Notes: generated by a model not told the origin, from the sequence alone. DNA of 57,352 nt from Actinomycetota bacterium (GCA_025963875.1 JAOPZY010000259.1:1-57352), one strand, 5' to 3'. Counted from the first letter of the stretch, positions 40,764 to 48,757 are shown. Made by a program: numbers and translations.

Positions 40764-40798
40764 GGTGGCCCCGATGCTACCAGTCCTGTGGAATAAGC

Positions 40799-40826
40799 CA
40801 CGGAGGCCGGTTGCCCGGCCTCCGTG
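40799..40826 (-). terminator. Perfect 12-bp hairpin downstream of the protoglobin gene
   Basis: CACGGAGGCCGG-TTGC-CCGGCCTCCGTG, followed on the minus strand by GCTTATT. Confidence 0.55.
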
Positions 40827-40829
40827 TTG

Positions 40830-40895
40830 TGACCCCGCGCCTTGAGGGGCGCCTCCATGTTTTGACCCGGCGCCTTGAGGGGCGCCTCCATGTTT
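40830..40895 (-). repeat. Two tandem copies (33-bp period) of the REP-like palindrome, reverse orientation
   Basis: TGACCC(C/G)GCGCCTTGAGGGGCGCCTCCATGTTT at 40830 and 40863. Confidence 0.85.
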
Positions 40896-41003
40896 GTCCG
40901 TTCACCTGCTTGCCAGTCCGGTCTCCCGCCCGGCCTGGGTTCACCGGAGGTAGCCAGCCCCCGAATCGCGGTCAAGCCTGCCGTCGGAGCCGCTGGGTTG
41001 GGC

Positions 41004-42119
41004 TCACACCGTCAGATAGGGGTCGATGAGGATCCCGAGCTGGAGGGCGAGCATCTGCATCCATGCCTTGCCCACGATCGCCAGGTTTGCGGGGTCGCCC
41101 AGCTCCCCGAACGTGGCCTCCCCGGAGGGGGCCAGGGCGATGGTGTTCAGGGCGGTCATCACCCGCATCTGCACCCAGCCCATCAGGGCGATGGTGAGCT
41201 GCGCGGGGATCTCGAGGTTGGGGTGGTCGCCGGCGTTCCTCACGTGGGAGTTGGCCACCTTCCGCATGTACTCGCCGAAGTTGCCCTGGGTCTCGTAGGG
41301 GTCCTTGGATGTGCGGGTCCACCATCCCGTCAGGGTCGACTTGCGCTTGGCCAGGTGGTCGGCGTCCTGGAAGTAGCCGGCGGACTCAGGCCTGCTGAGC
41401 AGGTACGTGTAGGCGAGCGAGATCACGCCGGTGCCCGCCGGCTCCAGGAGAGCGCCGGTCTCGCCGAGGATGCGCCCCTCGGACATCCCGAATCCGGCCA
41501 GGTCGGCATAGGGATGGAGCTCGGCGTTGTGCCCCCTGCTGTAGTCCCGGGGACCGCTCGGCGAGCCCAGGACCGGCTCGAGCATGATGCCGAGCTGGAG
41601 CATCATCTCGTCCATCCAGACCCCGCCGACGCCGGACAGCGTGATCGTGTCGCTCACATCAGCGAGGTAGGCGAGGATCTCGCCCTCGAGCCAGGCAATC
41701 AGCCCGATCAGCATCTGGGGAGGCAGCGGGACGGTCATCCCAGGGAATGTCGTCCCGCCTCCGACGTGGGTCAGGCCCCGGATGTAGTCGGCGAAGTCCT
41801 CGTCGAACGGCCCGGTCGAGCTGCGGGTGAGCCAGTCCTCGACGACCTCCTTGTCCACGGTCGCCCCGGTCACGCCGAGGCGGGGCAGCCGGGTGGTGAT
41901 GTAGCCGGAGACGGCGTCGGCCATCGCCTTGGTGAACACCCCGAGGTCGCTGCCCAGGTACCGCAGCATTGCCGCCTCGGCGCCTCCGAAGTTGGCGAAG
42001 TCGGCGAGCGGGTTGAAGCCGGGGGTGACGAGGGGCTCTTCACCGAGCGCCAGGTCGATCGTCTTTTCTTCCGTCTCGTCCGGAATCATCCTCGTCTTGG
42101 AACGCTGTGCCACGTGCAT
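41004..42119 (-). CDS. Tandem two-domain protoglobin-like protein
   Basis: Internal duplication (LADFANFG/YADLAGFG; WLTRS/WWTRT; VWMDEMMLQLGIMLEP/AWMQMLALQLGILIDPY); proximal-His-like VANSHVR; GAAGGAGG RBS. Confidence 0.75.
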   Translation of the reverse strand: MHVAQRSKTRMIPDETEEKTIDLALGEEPLVTPGFNPLADFANFGGAEAAMLRYLGSDLGVFTKAMADAVSGYITTRLPRLGVTGATVDKEVVEDWLTRSSTGPFDEDFADYIRGLTHVGGGTTFPGMTVPLPPQMLIGLIAWLEGEILAYLADVSDTITLSGVGGVWMDEMMLQLGIMLEPVLGSPSGPRDYSRGHNAELHPYADLAGFGMSEGRILGETGALLEPAGTGVISLAYTYLLSRPESAGYFQDADHLAKRKSTLTGWWTRTSKDPYETQGNFGEYMRKVANSHVRNAGDHPNLEIPAQLTIALMGWVQMRVMTALNTIALAPSGEATFGELGDPANLAIVGKAWMQMLALQLGILIDPYLTV

Positions 42120-42269
42120 CCCTCCTTCTCGGGTTCTTCTCGGGTTGGGGTCGGGCTCGTGTCCGGTCGTCGGGAATTTCCAGGAATTACATCGCGCCGA
42201 ACGTGAGCAGGTATCTGGGGGGTGGGCCGGGAACTGTTGTGGTTTCGATGCCGCGAGTAGTTTTAGCGC

Positions 42270-42467
42270 CCGCTCACCAGAGGAGTCCGGGCCGGTTCTG
42301 CGTTCGCAGCATGTACCCCATATGCCCCATGGAAACCTCCCCTCAGGCCCTTCAGGGCCGTTGTGCTGGGGCCGGCACCGCAGTAAGCTTGAGGCAGTCG
42401 GGGCTACCCTGCGGGGTCGGCCTAGATTGCGAAGGGTCCGTCTGGCCGGGCGGACCCTTCTCCTTTT
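42270..42467 (+). ncRNA. Candidate structured small RNA (rod-like, 6S/Ms1-like architecture)
   Basis: 42284-42301 pairs with 42411-42428 (17 of 18 positions, five G.U); inner helices 42324-28/42400-04 and 42341-47/42388-94; upstream TAGTTT -10; downstream terminator. Confidence 0.55.
42431..42467 (+). terminator. Intrinsic terminator
   Basis: GAAGGGTCCG..CGGACCCTTC 10-bp perfect stem followed by TCCTTTT; no plus-strand gene upstream. Confidence 0.7.
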
Positions 42468-42760
42468 CCGGTCGTCTCGTTCGTCGGGTGGTCAATTACC
42501 TCTCGCCCACTATAGGCAATGGTGATTACGGTTCGGTTACCGGCCCGTAAAAACTCCTGTCGTTTTTGGGCGCTTCCTGACGCTTCTCTCCTCCTTTCGG
42601 ATCCTCGCTTCGTACTGGGCGCACCCCTCGAACCACCCACCCCGCCCACGTAGTCCTTTTCGGTGCCTGTGCACCTCCCGGTGTGGTGCGTACGCGGCAT
42701 GCGCCGCGCCCGGTGGGGGCCGATGTAGTAGCTGAGAGCAACCGAGGGTCCTGGTCCCAG

Positions 42761-42859
42761 GGCCTCTCGACAAAGGCAAACCCGGGGTGACCCGGGGACG
42801 CAAAGTCATGGACCTCCCGCCCACCTTCGCGGCAGGCCGCCAGACCGCCGAAGGAGGCC
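42761..42859 (+). promoter_or_regulatory. c-di-GMP-I (GEMM-I) riboswitch 1
   Basis: GGCAAACCCGGG-GTGA-CCCGGGGACGCAAAG P2 with GNRA loop; P3 GTCATGG..CCAGAC; P1 GGCCTC/GAGGCC covers the RBS. Confidence 0.9.
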
Positions 42860-42863
42860 ACCC

Positions 42864-43631
42864 GTGAAGCGCGCCCGGACCGTTCGTAGCCTCATGATCG
42901 CCGGCACGATGGGAGCGGTTGCGCTCCAGAGCGTCATCCCCGCCTCCGCAGCCAACGCCGGCGCCGAGTCGTGCTTCGTCTCGGCGATCAACGCCGCCCG
43001 CTCCTCGGCGGGCGTCGCGCCGGTCGGCGCCAACGGCGACCTCCTCGGGGTTGCCCGGGTCTGGTCAGGCACCATGGCGAGCGCCGGCCACATCTTCCAC
43101 AACCCCGCCATCGCGGACCTCGCCCCGTCCAACTGGGAGTCCCTCGGCGAGAACGTCGGCGTCGGCCCGACGTGTGCCAAAATCGCCCAGGCGTTCATGA
43201 ACTCGCCCGAGCACCGCAGGAACATCCTCGACCCGTCCTACTCATCGGTGGGCCTCGGCGTCGTCGACGCCCCCGGTGGCGTGATGTACGTCACGGAGGA
43301 CTTCATGGGCACCGGCGGCGCCCCTGCGCACGTCGCCCCCGCCCCCGCCCCGGTCAAGGCCGCCCCGGCCCCCGCCCCCGTCAAAGCACCCCCCGCCCCG
43401 GCCCCAGTAAAGGCCGCCCCCGCCCCAGCCTCCATCGCCGTCCCCAAGCCGGCCCCGCAGCCCACCCCAGCGCCGGCCCCCGCGCTTGTCGTGCCCACCG
43501 CCATGCCGATCGTGGACCGGACCCTCATCGTCCGGGGCGACCTGACCCCCCACGACGCCCCGGCCGCCGGCCTTCACGGGGGCGTCCTCGGTGGCGTCGT
43601 CAAGGCCCTCGGTGCCTTCTTCGCCAAGTAA
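42864..43631 (+). CDS. Secreted CAP (SCP/PR-1) domain protein with Pro/Ala-rich tail
   Basis: Signal peptide; INAAR, HIFHN, GENVG, FMNSPEHRRNIL, YVTEDF. Confidence 0.92.
   Translation: MKRARTVRSLMIAGTMGAVALQSVIPASAANAGAESCFVSAINAARSSAGVAPVGANGDLLGVARVWSGTMASAGHIFHNPAIADLAPSNWESLGENVGVGPTCAKIAQAFMNSPEHRRNILDPSYSSVGLGVVDAPGGVMYVTEDFMGTGGAPAHVAPAPAPVKAAPAPAPVKAPPAPAPVKAAPAPASIAVPKPAPQPTPAPAPALVVPTAMPIVDRTLIVRGDLTPHDAPAAGLHGGVLGGVVKALGAFFAK
43335..43428 (+). repeat. In-frame 27-bp tandem repeats encoding (A/P)PAPAPVKA x3
   Basis: Protein reads APAPAPVKAAPAPAPVKAPPAPAPVKAAPAP. Confidence 0.8.
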
Positions 43632-43667
43632 CCCATCTCCTCACTCTCCTTTGCAGCCGGGAGCTCT

Positions 43668-43702
43668 CGGCCGGGCGGCGGACTCCGCCTGCCCGGCCGT
43701 TT
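43668..43702 (+). terminator. Probable terminator between the two CAP cassettes
   Basis: CGGCCGGGCGGCGG-ACT-CCGCCTGCCCGGCCG followed by TTT. Confidence 0.55.
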
Positions 43703-43835
43703 GCACGTGCCGCTGGGCGTCGCATCCCCCAACGGGGGTCCTCCTCCGGCCGCCGTTTTGATACCGGCGGGCCATGGAGCCCCCGGGTTGCAGTGCCGAT
43801 GTACTGGGTGAAGCACCCGAGGGTCCTGATCCCAG

Positions 43836-43934
43836 GGCCTCTGCGAAAAAGGCAAACCCGGGGCGACCCGGGGACGCAAAGTCATGGACCTCCCGCCCAG
43901 CTCGCGGAAGGCTGCCAGACCGCCAAAGGAGGCC
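43836..43934 (+). promoter_or_regulatory. c-di-GMP-I (GEMM-I) riboswitch 2
   Basis: GGCAAACCCGGG-GCGA-CCCGGGGACGCAAAGTCATGGACCT..AGGCTGCCAGACCGCC; P1 GGCCTC/GAGGCC covers the RBS. Confidence 0.88.
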
Positions 43935-43937
43935 AGC

Positions 43938-44762
43938 TTGAAGCACCCCCGGGCAGTCCGGAGCCTGATGATCGCCGGCACCATGGCGGCGGTTGCGCTG
44001 CACAACCTCCTCCCCGCCTCGGCATCCCCCGCCGACGAGGAGTCCTGCTTCGCCTCGGCCATCAACTCCGCCCGGACCGCGGCGGGCGTCGCCCCCCTCT
44101 CCATCCAGGGCGACCTGCTCCGGATCTCCCGGGTCTGGTCGCAGACCATGGCGACGGCGGGCCACATCTTCCACAACACCAACATCGTGAACCTCGTCCC
44201 GTCCAACTGGCAGACAGTCGGCGAGAACGTCGGCGTGGGCCCCACCTGCGACTCCATCGCCCAGGCATTCATGAACTCGCCGGAGCACAAGAAAAACATC
44301 CTCGACCCGGCGTTCACGACGGTGGGCGTCGGCGTGGTCGACTCCTCGGATGGCACCGTCTGGGTCACCGAGGACTTCATGGGGACGGGTGCCGCCCTCC
44401 CCGCCCCGGTCGTGGCAAGGCCGACGCCCCCCAAGGTCACCGTCCCGGAGCCAAAGGTGACGACCCCGGCCCCAAAAACCGTCCTGGTCGCTCCGTCCCC
44501 GCACCACACAGAGCCGGCACCCCCCGCAAAGCCCAGGCTGTCCGTCCCCGCCCTCGCCCCGTCGCCAAGCCACGTCACGGTCGTTGAGAAGCCCACCCCC
44601 CGGCCCTCGGCGACGCCGATCCCCCTCGCCACGCCGATCCTCGACCAGATCGTGACGATCCCCGGCGACAAGGTCCCCGGCGCCGCTCCCACCGCCGGCC
44701 CCGCCCATCCCAGCCGCGGCGTCTTCTCCGCCATCGGTTCCTTCTTCTCTCACCTCCTTTAG
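43938..44762 (+). CDS. Secreted CAP domain protein, paralogue with Pro/Thr-rich tail
   Basis: TTG start aligned with the GTG of the first paralogue, after AAGGAGG; INSAR, HIFHN, GENVG, FMNSPEHKKNIL. Confidence 0.9.
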   Translation: MKHPRAVRSLMIAGTMAAVALHNLLPASASPADEESCFASAINSARTAAGVAPLSIQGDLLRISRVWSQTMATAGHIFHNTNIVNLVPSNWQTVGENVGVGPTCDSIAQAFMNSPEHKKNILDPAFTTVGVGVVDSSDGTVWVTEDFMGTGAALPAPVVARPTPPKVTVPEPKVTTPAPKTVLVAPSPHHTEPAPPAKPRLSVPALAPSPSHVTVVEKPTPRPSATPIPLATPILDQIVTIPGDKVPGAAPTAGPAHPSRGVFSAIGSFFSHLL

Positions 44763-44870
44763 GTCCGGGATCCTCCCGTCTAGGTCCTGATCCTCCGTCC
44801 CCACGGGCCCCCCAAGCCCAGGGGGAGGCGAGGCGTGCGCTGCTCGGGCGTGGTGTGCTCAAATGCCGTC

Positions 44871-45674
44871 ATGCCCGAGCGGTGGCGCGTCGAGCCGGGG
44901 AAGCCGGTGAGGCTGGAGAGCATCGATCCCTCCTCGACGCCCGGGGCGCCGGGGGGCAAGGCCGAGACGGTGGCCACGCTGCCCGCCTTCCATGAGCGGC
45001 TCGCCGCCCTGCAGGAGCGCCTGTGGGCGGAGCACCGCCGGTCGCTGCTGGTGGTGCTCCAGGCCCTCGACGCCGGCGGCAAGGACGGCACCGTCCGCCA
45101 CGTCTTCCGGGGCGTCAACCCCCAGGGGACGACGGTCACGTCCTTCAAGGTGCCGGTGGGCGAGGAGGTGGAGCACGACTTCCTCTGGCGGGTCCACCGG
45201 GCGGCGCCCGCCACCGGCGAGATCGGTATCTTCAACCGCTCGCACTACGAGGACGTCCTTGCCGTCCGGGTGCTGGGCCTCGCGCCGGAGAAGGTGTGGA
45301 AGGCCCGCTACGACCTGATCAATGCCTTCGAGCAGACCCTCCACCATGGCGGGACCACCATCGTCAAGATCTACCTGCACATCTCCAAGGAGGAGCAGCG
45401 CCGCCGTCTGCAGGCCCGCCTCGACGACCCCGACAAGCGCTGGAAGTTCTCCGCCGCGGATCTCGAGGCCCTCCGGCACTGGGACGAGTACCGGGAGGCC
45501 TACGAGGATGCGCTCGTGAAGACCTCGACCGCGATCGCGCCCTGGTACGTCATCCCCGCCGACCGCAAGTGGTACCGCAACTGGGTCGTCAGCCGGATCC
45601 TCGTCAAGACCCTGCGCAGGATGGACCCCCGGTATCCCCAGCCGATGGAGCACCTCCCGGCCACGATCGAATAG
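44871..45674 (+). CDS. ppk2: Polyphosphate kinase 2 family protein
   Basis: LQALDAGGKDG, HDFLWR, FNRSHYEDVL, KRWKF and PWYVIPADRKW motifs. Confidence 0.93.
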   Translation: MPERWRVEPGKPVRLESIDPSSTPGAPGGKAETVATLPAFHERLAALQERLWAEHRRSLLVVLQALDAGGKDGTVRHVFRGVNPQGTTVTSFKVPVGEEVEHDFLWRVHRAAPATGEIGIFNRSHYEDVLAVRVLGLAPEKVWKARYDLINAFEQTLHHGGTTIVKIYLHISKEEQRRRLQARLDDPDKRWKFSAADLEALRHWDEYREAYEDALVKTSTAIAPWYVIPADRKWYRNWVVSRILVKTLRRMDPRYPQPMEHLPATIE

Positions 45675-45798
45675 GGCGATCGTGTGCGCCCCGAACACTA
45701 CGCGACTGCGTGAGGGTGACCTCCCCGCAGCGGCGCTAGGGTAGGGGGCAGAGCGGCGAGGCGGTCCCGCCGCGCTCCAAAGTCAGCGGGAGGCGCCC

Positions 45799-47076
45799 AT
45801 GGTGGAGAAGTCGACGGTCGACAAGAAGCAGCCGGAGCTCTACCCCAAGCTGAAGCGGGTCGACCCCAGGATCCTGAAGCGCGCGAGCCGGATGACCCCC
45901 GATGTCGAGGCCGCCGACCGGGCCCGCCTGGACGCGCTGGCAGAGGTCGGACCGGGCCAGGCAGTCCTCAGCATCTACGTCAACCTCGACCCCAGCCAGT
46001 TCCCCACGCCCCACCAACGCCAGTCGGAGGTCGTCTCCCTCGCGGACCAGGCGGCGAACCGGGTCGAGGAGGTGGAGGACGAGCACGACCGCAAGGAGCT
46101 CCGCAAGGACGTCCAGAAGGTCCGGTCGTGGCTGCTCGAGCACTCCGAGTGGGACGACGGCGCCCGGGGCGTCGCCATCTTCGTCTCCAACCGCCGGGAC
46201 CTCTTCGAGATCCTGAAGCTGGCCGTGCCGGTGGCGTCGCTCGTCGCCGTCGAGGAGACCCCCTACGTCGAGCCCCTGACCGCGCTGGCCCCCCGCCCGG
46301 CTGTCTGCGTGGCGCTCATCGACCGGGCGAGGACGAGGATCTTCTGCGGGGACGAGGACGGGCTGGAGGAGGTCATCCACGAGCGGGACGACGACGTCCC
46401 GGGCCGCCACGACCAGGGCGGCTGGTCACAGGGCCGCTACCAGCACCACGTCGAGGACCACGTCGACCGCCACCTCAACGACGTCGCCGCCGAGCTCCTC
46501 GAGCTCTACAAGGAGGGTCGGGTCGAGCGCCTGGTGATCGGGTCCACCGAGGAGATGCTGCCGAGGATCCTCGACCACCTCCACGCCTATCTCCGGGAGC
46601 GCTTCGCCGGGCGGATCGACGTCGACGTCAACACCGCCAACGCGGACGAGGTACGGCACCTGGTCGCCCCCATCCTGGAGGAGGAGGACCGGCGGAGGGA
46701 GGCCGAGCTCTTCGAGCGCCTCCGCCGCGAGCTGGCGGTCGGGGGCAGGGCCGCCTACGGTCTCGAGGGCACCCTGGCGGCGTTGAACGAGGCAAGGGTG
46801 GAGGTGCTGTTTGCCAAGCCGGACCTGGTGGAGCCCGGTGTCTTCTGCCCCAAGTGCGGATGGCTCGGCGTACCGCCCCAGCCCGGGGGCAGAAATCCTC
46901 TCGCTGAGGCCGCCGGTCCGGAGTGCCCGTTGGATGGGGAAGCGCTCGAGCACACGGACAACATCGTGGAGAAGGCCGTGGAGCGGGCGATCCAGCTGTC
47001 GGCGGAGGTCTGGATGCCCAGGTTCCAGGACGACCTCGACCGGCTCGGCGGTATCGCAGCACTTCTGCGCTTCTAG
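45799..47076 (+). CDS. Bacterial archaeo-eukaryotic release factor (baeRF / Vms1-like) protein
   Basis: VLSIYVNLDP, GVAIF, catalytic-loop-like GRHDQGGWSQGRYQ, C-terminal CPKC..CP and GGIAALLRF eRF1 domain-3 ending. Confidence 0.82.
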   Translation: MVEKSTVDKKQPELYPKLKRVDPRILKRASRMTPDVEAADRARLDALAEVGPGQAVLSIYVNLDPSQFPTPHQRQSEVVSLADQAANRVEEVEDEHDRKELRKDVQKVRSWLLEHSEWDDGARGVAIFVSNRRDLFEILKLAVPVASLVAVEETPYVEPLTALAPRPAVCVALIDRARTRIFCGDEDGLEEVIHERDDDVPGRHDQGGWSQGRYQHHVEDHVDRHLNDVAAELLELYKEGRVERLVIGSTEEMLPRILDHLHAYLRERFAGRIDVDVNTANADEVRHLVAPILEEEDRRREAELFERLRRELAVGGRAAYGLEGTLAALNEARVEVLFAKPDLVEPGVFCPKCGWLGVPPQPGGRNPLAEAAGPECPLDGEALEHTDNIVEKAVERAIQLSAEVWMPRFQDDLDRLGGIAALLRF

Positions 47077-47168
47077 ATAGGCGGTTGTGCTTCTAGACAA
47101 ATAGTCAAATCGGTGCAGATCTAGGCACCCGGATCGACATCGCGGCTCAGGTTGATCAATATTGCCCG

Positions 47169-48353
47169 GTGCTTCGTAACAGGTCACTGCGGCTCTGGCG
47201 CGCTGCCATCGTCGGTTCCACTCTGTTGCTGGTACTCACCGTCGGGTTCGTCGTCGCCTCCAGCGCCCTGAAGCTCCCCGCCAAGGCGAGCGCCCCGACC
47301 GCCGCGAGGAAGCAGGCGGTCGCAACGGCAGCGCTCGCAGCTGCCAACTCGGCGGCGGCGTTCACCCCGCCTCCACCTGCTCCGCCGCCACAACCTCTGC
47401 CCCCACCGCCCCCACCACCGCCGGCTCCCCGGACGACGGCTGCCGGCACGGTGTGGCTCTGCCGGCCCGGCCTGGCCGACAACCCGTGCACCCCGGACCT
47501 CAACGCGACCGCGGTGGCCGCCAACGGAACCAGGACGCCCTTCAGCATCCACCCCGACGACGGCTCGAGGTTCGACTGCTTCTACGCCTACCCGACCGTC
47601 AGCCTGCAGGGCGGCGACAACGCCAACCTGGCCGTCGAGCAGCCGGAGATCAACATCGCCATCGAGCAGGCCGCCCGCTTCTCCCAGGTCTGCCACGTGT
47701 GGGCACCGATCTACCGCCAGCGCCCGAAGGTCGGGGTCTCCTCCGACGTCAACGCCGCCGCCGACGTGGCCTACGAGAGCCTGCTGTCGGCCTGGAAGGA
47801 CTACATGGCGAACTTCAACCACGGCAGGCCCATCGTCATCGTCGGCCACTCCCAGGGGGCGATCATGCTCCAGCGCCTCATCGAGACGCAGATCGACCGG
47901 AACCCCGCGCTGCGCAGACAGGTGGTCTCGGCGATCCTTCCCGGCAGCAATACCGGCGGCTTCGCCAACCTGCCCGCGTGCCGGTCGCAGAAGCAGACCG
48001 GCTGCACCATCGCCTATTCGTCCTACTACGAGCAGCCGCCGGACGACGCCATCTTCGGCCGGCTCGGTGGGATGTGCACCAACCCCGCCAACCTGGGCGG
48101 CGGAGCGGGGACCCTCGACCCCTTCCTGCGCGTCAACAACGCCTGGGTGACCTACCCCGGCCTCTACTCGGCCAGCTGCGTGAGCGCCGGTGGCGCCACC
48201 TGGCTCCAGGTCAACGCCGCCCCCGGCGACCCCCGGCCGCGCATGGCCGAGGCCCTCGGGCCCGCCTGGGGCCTGCACGAGCACGGGGACATCGACCTGG
48301 CGTTGGGCAACCTCATCCAGGACGTCGCCACCGAGGAGTCGGCGTTCCCCTGA
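47169..48353 (+). CDS. Secreted DUF3089-type alpha/beta hydrolase
   Basis: Signal plus poly-Pro linker; WLCRPG, DCFYAYPTV, APIYRQ, GHSQG, CTNP and WGLH motifs. Confidence 0.85.
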   Translation: MLRNRSLRLWRAAIVGSTLLLVLTVGFVVASSALKLPAKASAPTAARKQAVATAALAAANSAAAFTPPPPAPPPQPLPPPPPPPPAPRTTAAGTVWLCRPGLADNPCTPDLNATAVAANGTRTPFSIHPDDGSRFDCFYAYPTVSLQGGDNANLAVEQPEINIAIEQAARFSQVCHVWAPIYRQRPKVGVSSDVNAAADVAYESLLSAWKDYMANFNHGRPIVIVGHSQGAIMLQRLIETQIDRNPALRRQVVSAILPGSNTGGFANLPACRSQKQTGCTIAYSSYYEQPPDDAIFGRLGGMCTNPANLGGGAGTLDPFLRVNNAWVTYPGLYSASCVSAGGATWLQVNAAPGDPRPRMAEALGPAWGLHEHGDIDLALGNLIQDVATEESAFP

Positions 48354-48367
48354 GCCTCAGTGGTGCC

Positions 48368-48757
48368 TCAGTGGTGGTGGACCGGCGCCTCGCTGTCCCG
48401 GATGTCGACGATGCACCCCCCGGCGATCCGGAACAGTTGGTAGTTCCTGCTCGTCCCGCCGCCGGGCCGGGTCACGTCGAGGGTGAGCACGACGCTGTCC
48501 GGCTCGACCGCTGCCTCGACGACGCTCGCCCGGAACCCCCGGGCATGCAGGCCGCCGTATCAGGCCAGGACGTCGTCCCGGCTGTGGCAGGTCTGCGGGG
48601 TGTCCTCCTCGCCGCCCCAGCGCACGTCCGGGGCGAGGAGGTTGCCCAGGCTCTCGAGGTCCCGGGCCTCCAGGGCGCTCGTCAGGCGCCGTGCGATGGC
48701 CTGCGCGCCCTGCTGTCCTCGCCCATGCGGCACCTCCCGAGCCCCATTGTCCCCCAT
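48368..48757 (-). pseudogene. NTF2/SnoaL-like protein interrupted by an in-frame TGA at 48560-48562
   Basis: Reads LLAPDVRWGG..CHSRDDVLA*YGGLHARGFRASVVE..YQLFRIAGGCIVDIRD in a single frame. Confidence 0.75.

Noticed and set aside
42107..42550. Plus-strand ORF across the candidate sRNA
   Set aside because: No RBS at a suitable distance, atypical codon usage, and it runs through a terminator.
42761..42859. 3',3'-cGAMP-specific (GEMM-Ib) variant of the riboswitch
   Set aside because: The position equivalent to G20 is G in both copies, not the A typical of cGAMP binders.
47066..47100. Repeated GCTTCTAGA as a GntR/DasR-type operator
   Set aside because: Only a half match to TGGTCTAGACCA, and one copy overlaps the upstream stop codon.
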